Assembly: GCA_046290225.1 (NCBI GenBank)
Contig: JBKAGE010000043.1
Location: 1 to 64,000 of the forward strand
DNA length: 64,000 bases
Direction: 5' to 3'
Source: Bradymonadia bacterium
Lineage (GTDB): Bacteria; Myxococcota_A; Bradymonadia; UBA7976; UBA1532
Below, piece after piece: positions 29,746 to 41,300 of this stretch. The notes under the pieces are model-generated. The model searched no databases, was not told the DNA's origin, and saw nothing but the letters and a program-made list of their open reading frames with translations. Both the position numbers and the translations under genes were made by a program. How positions within the stretch are numbered: position 1 is the first letter of the stretch; every line of letters starts with the position of its first letter.

Positions 29746-31841
29746 GTGAACCGCTGTCCCGCTTGTGGAGAGGAGAACGACGAGGGCGCCTTGACCTGCA
29801 AGGCGTGCGGCCGGGCCTTGCCCGGTCCGGCCTCGAGCGCCCCTGGCCGCGCCCGCGCTTTGAGCAATCAGACCCTCATCGGTCTGCCCTCACCCCGACC
29901 GACTGCCGACGAGGAGGACGTGGCGGTGGAGGCGCCGGCCAAAAAGCCCCCAGCGCACATGAAACAGACCATGTTCGGGGCGCCGAGCCCCCTCGTTCAG
30001 GCCCCCTCGAAGGCGAGCAGCGAGGCTTCTGACACGCAGCGGGCAGAGCGTGGAGCTGAGGAAGATAAGCCGAAAAACTCTCCGAACACCGTGGTGGAGG
30101 TGTCTCACACCGCGACGCAAATCGGGGCACCTGCGGTCATCCCGGCGGTGGAGAAGAAGACCCTGTTCGGCAGTCCGAGCCCTCTCGCCACGGGTCAGGC
30201 GGCAAGGACGTCATCCCCCAAGGTCACCCCAGCGCCGACCTCCAGGCCTGCGCCAGTGACGCCCTCGCCCAGGCCGGCTCTGGCGACGGTCAAGAGCCCC
30301 CCGCCTGAGATGCCGGAGTCCACTGTATCAGGGTCTGAGAGGCCGGAGCCCAAGCCTGCACCAGAGCCCTCAGTGGCCAGGATCTCGAAGACACCCACCC
30401 CCGAGCTATCATCAGGGGCTGCTCGAGCGAAGCGCAGAGCTGCGCATCATCAAAGAGTGCCCACGGGGCCGTCTCCTGTGACCGAGCCTTCGGCAGAGGA
30501 TGCACAAGACGCCCAGGCCGCCGAAGCCTACGCCGCAGCCCGCTTCGCTGCCGCTGTGGCAGAAGACACACAGCGAGCCCGACGCCAGCGAGATCGGAAG
30601 CTGGTGTGGGTGCTCGCCGGCCTCGTCCTGCTGCTCGCTGCCGTGGCGGTGTTGTTGTGGCAGGCCCGAAGCCGCTTCACGGGAGAGATCGCCGGTGCGC
30701 CCACTGTGAGCCGGGGCGACGACATCTACACCATCACTGTGCCCTTCAAGGTGAGCGGCCCGGCCCGGTTGACCTATCCGGGGGGCGTCGTGGCCATGAA
30801 GGATGCTCAGACGATCACCTTCACGTTGCCCGTGAGCACCATGAAGGTGGGGGACAACCCCATCACCCTCACCGCCATCCCCGAAGACGGCGGAGAGACC
30901 GTGGAGCGGGTGCTCAATGTGCAGCTGTTCTATCGCATCACCGACATCGAGGTGCCCCGGTTTACCGCCGGCGCCCGGGTCGTGGTGAAGATGCAGGTGA
31001 TGCCGGGATGGGTACCTTCTGTACCTGGGGCCACCATCGAGCCCGTGGCCGATGGGCATCGGCTCTCGCTCGATCCGGCGCCGTTCTTGTCCAAAGTCGA
31101 TCAGATGACCGGCAGCCACGGGCCTTTGCCCCTGGCGCTCAGCCTCGTGGGTGAGAAGGGCAAGGTGCAACAATTCGAAGAGGTGTTGCAGTTGCCCATC
31201 CCGCGCACCCGGATCACAGTGAACCGCCCTGTTCAGGGCTGGTCCCGTGCGGCTGAAGATGTACACATCACCGGCCGCAGCCTGCCAGGGGCCCAAATCG
31301 CCGTGGGCGGGGTGACCGAGCAGGCTGATCATCAGGGACACTTCGACGTGAAGGTGCCCGTGCCCAGTGTGGGCAGCCACACCTTCAAGCTGGTGGCTGA
31401 CGCCGAGGCCAGGGCACCCCAGAGCATCGAGATCGCCGTGGAGCGCATCACCTCTGATGTAGAGAAATCCCGCAGGCGTACCCGACGAGGGAAGATCAAG
31501 GCCCTCGTCAAGCAAGGTGGGTTGATCGAGGAGTCATGGGTCAGGATGGTGGACAATGCAGAAGCGCTGCGCAATCAGCGGGTGCGACTCGAGGGGCCTG
31601 TCATCGCCCTGCGTCGAGGCGCCCTCGGGGCGGGCGACGTGATTCTGATGGCCACGTGTCCCCATGGGGCAGAGGCGAAGACTCACAACCTCTGCCCAGT
31701 ACGCGTGGTGACACGGGCGCCCATCTCCGTGCGCCCTGGCGAGATGCTTGAGGTCGTGGGCCGGCTCTCCGGTGTAGAATCTTTCCAGACCCAGGGCGGG
31801 CTCCAGAAGGCCCCCAGGGTTTTGGCCGAGGCGATGAGCCC

Positions 31842-31845
<4 letters not shown>
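29746..31845 (+). CDS. Bitopic membrane protein with N-terminal zinc ribbon, Pro-rich cytoplasmic linker and periplasmic Ig-like domains
   Basis: GTG 29746 after GGAG; CPACG-x7-TCKACG; single TM (LVWVLAGLVLLLAAVAVLLW); beta-rich C-terminus. Stop overlaps the kinase start (ATGA). Confidence 0.75.
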
Positions 31846-33631
<1,786 letters not shown>

Positions 33632-33635
<4 letters not shown>

Positions 33636-34744
33636 GCACCCCTTCGGGGCGTTGGGGCCAACTGCCCCAGGCTGATCTCTGGCTACATGGTGCCTCTGCA
33701 GGTGATGTGCGGGCGCTGATGCCGCTCATCGAAGGCATCCGGCACCGATGGCCCGACTTCACGCTCCTCCTCACGACCCAGACGTCAACCGGGGCAGCCA
33801 TGGCACGTCGCCTCTGCCCTGATGTGCCCCACCGAAGCGCCCCCCTCGATCTGCCCTGGGTGGCGGCTCGGGCCGTGGCGCAGGTACGCCCCAGAGTCCT
33901 GGTCCTCGAATATCTGGAACTCTGGCCTCGGCAGGTGGCGGCCTGCGCCCGCAAAGGGGTGCCAGTGATGGTGGTGGACGGCAGAGTCAGCCAGAAGAGC
34001 CTGCGCTGGCGGTGGCTGCTCAAGACCACGGCACGCCGAGTGAGCTGCTTCTGTGGTCGTAGCGACGGCGATCGAGCCCGGGCCGTGCAGCTCGGGGTGT
34101 CACCCTCGAAGGCTTTCGTCTGTGGCAACGGTAAATATGACGCCTTGAGGGTGGCACCACAGCCAGAAGAATCCCTGAGAGCGGCTCTGGGGAACCCTGA
34201 TGTGGTGGTGGGCAGTCTGCACCCCGACGAGTTCGAGGCGGCCATGAGCGCCCTGGCTGGGTCGAGTCTGCGGGGTGTCATTGCCCCTCGCTATCCTGCC
34301 GACAGCGCCCGAATCATGGCCCTCGGCGCCCACCATGGTGTGTCGTGCGCTCTGCGGAGCGAGGGCCCCGCACCGCTGGCGGATTGGATCGTGTTGGACA
34401 CGATGGGCGAGCTCGCCGCCGCATATGGGCTGGCCTCAGTGGCCATCGTCGGTGGCACCTTCGGACGCCGGGGTGGGCAGAACCTCGTGGAGCCTGCGGC
34501 CCATGGCGTGCCTGTGGTGCATGGTCCAAACGTGGCCAACATCACCGAAGAAGCCGAGGCCCTGGCGGGGGCTGGGGCCACTGAGGTGCCCCACTGGCGA
34601 GCCGCTGTGGAGCTCGCTGCGGTCAGGTGTGTTGATCCAGGCCCTGATCCACGGGCAGCATTGAGTGCGCTCACCGGTGCTACGGCGGCCCACCTCGACC
34701 ACCTGGCCCGGTTGCTGGCGTCACCACAGCTGCCAGCTGCGTGA
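33632..34744 (+). CDS. waaA: 3-deoxy-D-manno-octulosonic acid (Kdo) transferase
   Basis: LWLHGASAGD, LLTTQTSTG, APLDLP, ELWP, GNGKYD, IAPRYP, VLDTMGEL and GGQNLVEPA; probable TTG start overlapping the kinase stop. Confidence 0.9.
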
Positions 34745-34819
34745 AAGACTCCTCACGGCCGCTCCACTTGAGCTAAAGTCCGCTGAGTTCACAACCCAGA
34801 CCCTGGAGGTCCACTCTAC

Positions 34820-35254
34820 ATGTCCGGCCCAGTCCGTCAGTCCATCGAAATCGACGCCACCCCCGAGCAGGTCTACGACGTCATTGTGGACTTCGAACGC
34901 TATCCGAGCTTCGTGCCCAACCAGAGCGGCGCCCGCATCGTCAAGCAGGAGGAGAACCGCTGGGAGGTGGAGTTCGAACTGCAGATCGTCAAGCGCCTCA
35001 CCTACAACCTGAAGCTCACCGGAGTACCTGGCAAGAGTCTGCGCTGGCAGCTCGTCCGCGGCGACATGATGAAGAAGAACGACGGGGGCTGGACCCTCGA
35101 AGAGCTCCCCGGCGGTCGCACCAAAGCCACCTACGACATCGAGGTGGCCGTGAAGGGCTTCGTGCCCAAGGCGATCTCCACGAAGCTCGTCGCCACCACG
35201 CTCCCGGAGAACCTCAAGGCCTTCAAGGGCGAGATCGAGCGGCGGGCGTCCTGA
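34820..35254 (+). CDS. SRPBCC/START-fold (polyketide cyclase/Coq10/RatA-like) protein
   Basis: SIEIDATPEQVYDVIVDFERYPSFVP and NDGGWTLEEL; GGAGG RBS. Confidence 0.9.
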   Translation: MSGPVRQSIEIDATPEQVYDVIVDFERYPSFVPNQSGARIVKQEENRWEVEFELQIVKRLTYNLKLTGVPGKSLRWQLVRGDMMKKNDGGWTLEELPGGRTKATYDIEVAVKGFVPKAISTKLVATTLPENLKAFKGEIERRAS

Positions 35255-35256
35255 AG

Positions 35257-36675
35257 ATGATGATCGGTCGGCTCGCCCTCGGGGGGCTGCTGTGGGCGTT
35301 CACATGCTCCACGGCCCTCGCTCAGTCCGAAGCGCAGGTGAAGGACCAAGAGGCGGCGCCGAAGGCTCCATCACCGGCGCTGGCCAAGGCCGATCTCAAA
35401 GGCCGCCCGGTGGGGCTCGCCGTGAGAGAGACGGTGAAGCCCGTCACCGATGGCGATCGAGAAGCCTTCCTCAACGGGGCCCGGCTGGCCCTCGGGGTGG
35501 CCCCAGGTCTGGAAGGCCAGGCGCTGCGGGATCCGCTGACCACCCCCGCCCGGCGACGCCGCATGGCCGATGCCCAGAGCGCCCTCGAGAAGGGTCAGCA
35601 GGCCTATCTCGACCTCTACCTCGGAGCTGCAGAGCGCCACCTGTCCACGGCGGTGGAGCGTCTGATGGAGGATCCCTCCGCCCTCGCCGAAGCAGGGGTC
35701 GCGATCCAGGCCACGTTGTTGCTGGCGCAGGTGCGGCTCACGCAGCAGCGGGTCTCGGAGGCCGATCGCATCCTCACCCGAGGGGTGCTGGCGTTTCCCA
35801 ACTTCCCCGGGCCTGCCCATCCACCTCCGCCGGAGGTGGCTGTGCGGCTGAAGGGCATGATGACCCGTATGGCGCCCGATCTCACCGGGGGCCTGAAGGT
35901 GGAGTCCACGCCACCGGGCCTGCAGGTCCACGTGAACGGGGTCTCCATCGGCGAGACCCCAGCCACAGTGAGCAATCTGCCGGCGCGACCCTTCCGCATA
36001 CGTGTTTCCCGTGACGGGGTGCTCGTGGGCACCCGTCTCGTGGAGCCCCTCGAAGGGGGCATGCGGGCGGTGCGCTTCGACATCGGCGGGGCCACGGCTC
36101 GGGCGGCCACCCTCGCCGAGCTGCAGGGGCTGCGCAGAGAGTCCGAGGTCTGGCCAGGGTTGCAGGCCTTTGCCGCCGCCGTAGAGGCGGAAGAGGTCTG
36201 TGTGGCTGTGGCAGAAGGCGCAGATGTGCACGTGGTGCGTCTGAGCCCCACGCGGCGTCGCATCATCGGTGGCCATCGCCGGCCTGTGCCGGACAGCACC
36301 GCCGCATGGCAGGCCCTCGGTCGTCTCTGTGCGCCGGAGATCCCCAGCATCCTCACTGTGGAGCAGGTTCAAAAAGGTCTCTGGGGAGAGGCCCTGACCG
36401 AAGGCCCGCAGGGCCAGGGCCCCGAGGCGGACGGCACCCGCTCCGTCTGGGGGTGGAGTGCCGTGGGCGCTGGCGCTGCTGCGGGGGTCGTCGGGGTGAT
36501 TTTCGGGGTTCAGGCCCTGCAGTCACAGGATGATTTCGAGAGCGCTGGCTCGCCTGCGCTCGCTGACGATGCCGCTGATCGTGCCCAGCGTCAGGCCTTG
36601 TTGGGAGATGTGGCCTACACCCTCTCCGCAGGCCTCGTCGCCACGGGGATTTATCTGCTGCTGACCGACCGTTGA
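35257..36675 (+). CDS. PEGA-domain exported protein
   Basis: Signal peptide; GLKVESTPPGLQVHVNG..IGETP; C-terminal Gly-rich hydrophobic hairpins typical of myxobacterial PEGA proteins. Confidence 0.85.
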   Translation: MMIGRLALGGLLWAFTCSTALAQSEAQVKDQEAAPKAPSPALAKADLKGRPVGLAVRETVKPVTDGDREAFLNGARLALGVAPGLEGQALRDPLTTPARRRRMADAQSALEKGQQAYLDLYLGAAERHLSTAVERLMEDPSALAEAGVAIQATLLLAQVRLTQQRVSEADRILTRGVLAFPNFPGPAHPPPPEVAVRLKGMMTRMAPDLTGGLKVESTPPGLQVHVNGVSIGETPATVSNLPARPFRIRVSRDGVLVGTRLVEPLEGGMRAVRFDIGGATARAATLAELQGLRRESEVWPGLQAFAAAVEAEEVCVAVAEGADVHVVRLSPTRRRIIGGHRRPVPDSTAAWQALGRLCAPEIPSILTVEQVQKGLWGEALTEGPQGQGPEADGTRSVWGWSAVGAGAAAGVVGVIFGVQALQSQDDFESAGSPALADDAADRAQRQALLGDVAYTLSAGLVATGIYLLLTDR

Positions 36676-36732
36676 ACCCCCTCAGGGGGTGTGTTACTGC
36701 TCGACCAAACGAGAAGACCCAGGAGAGTGTGG

Positions 36733-37248
36733 ATGAGCGGTTCGAACTCGGGGCCCCCCAACGGCCCACCGGAGTCTCGACCCAAACCGAAGCGACCCGA
36801 GCGCCCAAAGCTCGGTCGAAAAGGCCGACGTCGTTCCAAGACCATCGCTTCGAAGGCACTGTCCAAAGAAGAGAAGGCGGTGGCGAGAGAGTTGGAGGGC
36901 TTCGATTTCGATCGACCCGACCATCGCTCTCAATGTGCAAGTGGGGTGCGTCCTTGCCCGTATGTGTCGTGCAAGCACCACCTTTACCTCGACGTGAACC
37001 CCGAGACGGGTTCGATCAAACTCAACTTCCCCGATCTTGAGGTCTGGGATATGGCCGAGACCTGCGCCCTCGATGTTGCCGATCGCGGCGGCATCACCTT
37101 GGAAGAGGTGGGCGAGATCCTCAACCTCACCCGGGAGCGTATCCGCCAGGTGGAGGTGAAAGGCCTCGGCAAGCTCAGAGAGGCCTCGGAGAACATCGGT
37201 CTCCAAGACTTCCTGTCCATGGTGGAAGATCACATCTCTGATGACTGA
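36733..37248 (+). CDS. Stand-alone sigma70 region-4 HTH protein with Cys/His cluster
   Basis: ATG 36733 after [32 protein letters not shown] is sigma70 region 4.2; upstream C-x4[11 protein letters not shown]...ETCALD; no region 2. Confidence 0.85.
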   Translation: MSGSNSGPPNGPPESRPKPKRPERPKLGRKGRRRSKTIASKALSKEEKAVARELEGFDFDRPDHRSQCASGVRPCPYVSCKHHLYLDVNPETGSIKLNFPDLEVWDMAETCALDVADRGGITLEEVGEILNLTRERIRQVEVKGLGKLREASENIGLQDFLSMVEDHISDD

Positions 37249-37318
37249 GCGCCCATGAGCGCCCCGCCTGTAGGCAGCTTCTCGCTGCTCTGTCCTCCTC
37301 AATCCTGGTAAGCGCGCC

Positions 37319-38359
37319 ATGTCACCCGCGGCACATCGCGGCGGGCTGAGTGGAGTCCTGCTGCTCAGATCGCTGCTGATCCACAGTGTGTGGATCGCTG
37401 CGCTCTTCGCTTTTGTGCTCGGGCTGGGGCAGCTGGGCCATGTGGGCGAGTTGCTGGTCCAGGCGCATCGGGCGTCATGTGTGCAATGGGGCACCCTCGC
37501 GCTCGCTGTGGTGACCGCTCTGGGCGAGGCGGCGCTGCCCATCGTGGCCCTGGGCGCGAGCGCCCTGGTGTACGGACGCCTGCACCGGGACGGCGCGCAT
37601 CTCGCCTTCGCTGCACTGGGACGCCACCCGATTTCCGTGCTCTGGCCTGCAGGGGCCCTCGGGCTGTTCATCGGCGCGTTGAGCGTGATGTCGGCCACCA
37701 CCCTGGTCCCAGAAAGCCTCGTTGGGGTGCGCGGGCTGTTGGTTGATGCTGCACGATGTACCCTCAGCGAGGGAGAGGGCACCTGGCCCTTGCCTCAAGG
37801 TGGCACCATCAGCCTTCGGGGCAGGGGAGAGCACCGTGAAATCTGGGCGGTCTGGTCTAGGGATGAGGCGCCACCCACTCTGGCCCGAGCACGTCAGGCC
37901 CAGTGGAACATTGGCGTTGATGAGAGCACGCTTATCCTCTCGGAGGCGCATCTCTGGGGTCCCCAGGTGAAGGCCACCGTGGGTGAGGCGACGGTGATCC
38001 TCGACGCAGGGCGCTGGTCGCGGAAGCTGAAAATGCTCGGGCCACCGAACGCGTTGCCGAGCGATGCCCTCGACCTTGAGAACGTGCATCACCATTTCGT
38101 CTGGCACCGACGCCTCGCTCTGCCATCTCTGACGCCTCTCTGGGCGCTGCTCGGTGCAGTGCTCGGGCTCTGGCTCGGCGCCGGTCGGGGCCTGCTCGGC
38201 GGGCTCGCTGTGGTGGCCCTCGCCCATGGACTGATGCGCAGTGGAGAGCTCTCGGCGCGCTTTTCCGATGGCTCGCCGGTGGTGGCGGCATGGGCGCCGG
38301 TGGGGGCTGTCCTGGTGGTGCTCTGGCTCTGGAGCAGATGGCTCAGCAGGCCGAGGTGA
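37319..38359 (+). CDS. LptF/LptG-like permease (divergent)
   Basis: 3 TM + beta-rich loop + 3 TM layout; ALVYGRLHRDGAHLAFAALG, WHRRLALP and VAAWAP resemble LptF/G motifs. Confidence 0.6.
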   Translation: MSPAAHRGGLSGVLLLRSLLIHSVWIAALFAFVLGLGQLGHVGELLVQAHRASCVQWGTLALAVVTALGEAALPIVALGASALVYGRLHRDGAHLAFAALGRHPISVLWPAGALGLFIGALSVMSATTLVPESLVGVRGLLVDAARCTLSEGEGTWPLPQGGTISLRGRGEHREIWAVWSRDEAPPTLARARQAQWNIGVDESTLILSEAHLWGPQVKATVGEATVILDAGRWSRKLKMLGPPNALPSDALDLENVHHHFVWHRRLALPSLTPLWALLGAVLGLWLGAGRGLLGGLAVVALAHGLMRSGELSARFSDGSPVVAAWAPVGAVLVVLWLWSRWLSRPR

Positions 38360-38398
38360 CAGAGCGCGACAGGGGTTGACGCACTGTACTCCGAGCCA

Positions 38399-41300
38399 TC
38401 AACGCTGAGCGCGCTTGCGGGCTGCGACGTATTTCCGCCGGCGGGCCTTGTAACGGATCTCCTGAGCAGGATTCAGCGCCAGCGCCCGATCAATGGCCGC
38501 CACGGCCGCCTGCGGGCGCCCATCGAGGAACCACAGCTCTGCCAGCGTGTCCCATGCGGCGTGGGACTCTGGGGCGAGCTGAGTGGCCCTGAGGGCAAAG
38601 CCGATGGCCTCGCCCCTCTGTGTCGGAGAGTCGCGCAGCAGCCAGGCGAGGTTGTTGAGTACATCGGCGTTTTCCCCACCAAAGGCCAGGGCCGCCCGAT
38701 AGGCCTGCTCAGCCTCCTGGGTCTGGCTCATGGCCAGGGCGACGTCGCCCAGCTGTCGCTGTGCCTTGGGATCCCGTGGCCGAAGTGTCTGCTGACGTCG
38801 GGCCTCTACGAGGGCACCCTCCAAGTCTCCCGTGTGGAACAGCGCGCTCACCAGGCGATCACCGAGACCCTGATGTTTGGGGTGATGATCGAGGCCCCCA
38901 CGCAGCACCGAGATCGCTTGTCGGTGCATGGCTTTGGCCACCAGCAGGCTCGCCAGGGCGAGGTGTACGTCCGGTGGCGCATCGGCCCGGGCACCGAGAC
39001 TGGCGAAGACCTGCTCCGCCTCTGGCACACGCTCGGCCTCGATGAGGGCCGCCGACAACAGCGTGAGATCTTCCAGGGAGCGACCCTGGTCGGGATAGCG
39101 CTCCAGGACCGCCACCGCCTGATCGTACTCACCGCCGCCGATGAGCGCCCGGGCGAGCATTCGGCCGAGCCGCCGATCTTCAGGGCGCTCCTCGGTGATC
39201 AGCTTCAAGAACGCGATCTGGTCGAAGTCTCCGCCCGGCTTGATCTCCAGACGGGAGGGTAGAGCGCCTTGCAGTCGTCTGAGACTGCCCTTGAGGGCCA
39301 TGATGCCCCGCGGGCTGTACCGCCCATCGGAGACCTCGAGGGTGATCTCGATGCGGGTCTGGCTGCCCTCGCGCTGCTCGCGGATGGAGATGTGTGCCCC
39401 TGCCTCATTGAGGGAGATGGAGAGGGGCTTCCACTGAAAACGGTATCCCTCGGGGGCGTCGAGGACGATGGTGCGCTGAAGGGTGCGGGCAGGCAGCTGC
39501 TGTGGGCTCACCGTCATTGCTTTGAGCGGAGCGCCCTCAAGCAGATCGACGTCGAGGGTGTAGAACAGGCTGCCGTCGAGCTGTACGCCCACGAGATCGA
39601 GATCTTCGTGGCGGGTGCTGATGGTGACGGGGGCCTCGGGGAAGTCGAGCCCTTCGAGGGTGATGCTGTCGGGGCTCATGGCGCCGCCCAATACAAAGCC
39701 CGGTGATCTCAGGTGCGTGTGCCGAGCCACCGGGGCGAGGCGACCCAGGTGCTGTCGAGCTTTGCCAGCGAGATCACCCGTGAGGGCGGTGCGGGCCTCG
39801 AGGGTGCCACCACCGGTGGGGGTGAGGACCATCTGTACCTCTTCCACGAGCGTGTGAGCGCCGGGGTCACTCTCCGGTACGTGCTTGAGCGCGCCCCCGT
39901 CCCCATCGACGACGAAAGCCAGGCGCCCGCGGAGCATCTCGGGGACGGCGGTGAGGGTGCCCATGCCCGAGGTGGCGTCGAGCCAGAGATCGTGTTGCTC
40001 CGGTGTCTGCGCAGGCACATACAACAACACGTGGCTGAACTGGGCCGGAGAGGGGTGATCCTTCTGCACGAAGCCCGAGTCGCGGGGGCGCACCAGAGCC
40101 GGCAGCGCCTTGATGCCGAGGGTGTCCAACATGGCCACCATGAGGGCAGTCATGTCTTTGCAGTCCCCCGAAGCCCGGGCCAGGGTGCTCACCGCCGGTC
40201 GAGGCTTGTAGGCCCCCACGCCGATCTCGAGGCCCAGATATTGGATCTTGGACTCGACGTAGGCATAGACCGCGGCGATTTTGGCCTCTCGATCCGTAGC
40301 GTTCGCGGTGATTTTCGCCGTGAGTGCCTTCAGCTGTGCATCGACGGCAGTGCTCGGTGAGAACAGGTCGTGGTACCAGGAATCCACAGCTGCCCAGTCC
40401 TCCAAGCTGGAGATGTGCACCGCAGGCACCGGAGGATCAGAAGGCTTGCGTCGAGGCATGTAGCCCGAGAGGTCGTGGGCTTCCCAAATCACCTCTCGTC
40501 GACCCCCCGTCACCTGCTCCTTGGGCGCCGGTAGGGCAGGGGCGTGGGCGGTGTACTGCGTCTCAGCGGGCAAATCGAGGGTGTAGCGGACCCGTACGGT
40601 GGGCTCGGCGTTGCCGAGCACGTAGCTGTCCCACCATGCGCCGAGATCGACGCTCCTGGGGCGGCCGACCACCACGGTGTAGTCCACGATCGACCCTGGC
40701 TCCACTGCAGGGAACTCCATCCGCAGGCGGCGACCCTCACCGTAGAGCGCTGTGTCGGCGAAGGGGTTCACCGTGGAAATCATCTGAGGGGCTACGGGCA
40801 CCACTGCGCCGTCCGGCGTCAGGGTCCGGGCCTGCACGATCTGTGGAGGGGCGTTCACGTTGAAGGGGATCAACGTCGCCTGGTGACTCTCGACTGCACT
40901 TCGGTGGCGCACGAGCACCGAGCGTACATGAGTGATCTGCATCACTCGCCCACCGTCGACCTTCACTTTCCGTTCGTCCCGCAGCACCACAGCGCCAGGC
41001 GCTTCGTCCACCGACGGCGCCCTGGCTGCGAGGGCCTGGAGCTCAGGATCGACCTGGGCGGCCATGAGACCAGGCTCTTTCACGGCGTGGGGCCCCTCGA
41101 GGGCCGGATCGCGCCGCATCATGGCGTCGAGGATCTGCCGAGCGGCGAGATGATCGGGGTTGCGCACGAGCAGGGCTCTGAGCTGATCCGCTGCCGCCTC
41201 GAGCTGGCCCTGGCGCTGCAGTAAATGGGCGAAGTCGAAGCGCAGGCTCTCGTCGGTGGGTGCGAGCCGTACGGCGTGTTGATAGGCGGCGATGGCCTCA

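Noticed and set aside
34820..35254. SRPBCC gene as a RatA/PasT toxin of a TA pair
   Set aside because: No RatB/RnfH partner adjacent; the fold is shared by many lipid-binding proteins.
40582..40591. TGTAGCGGAC match to the 16.5-kb repeat
   Set aside because: Single copy inside a coding region with no array context; likely chance.
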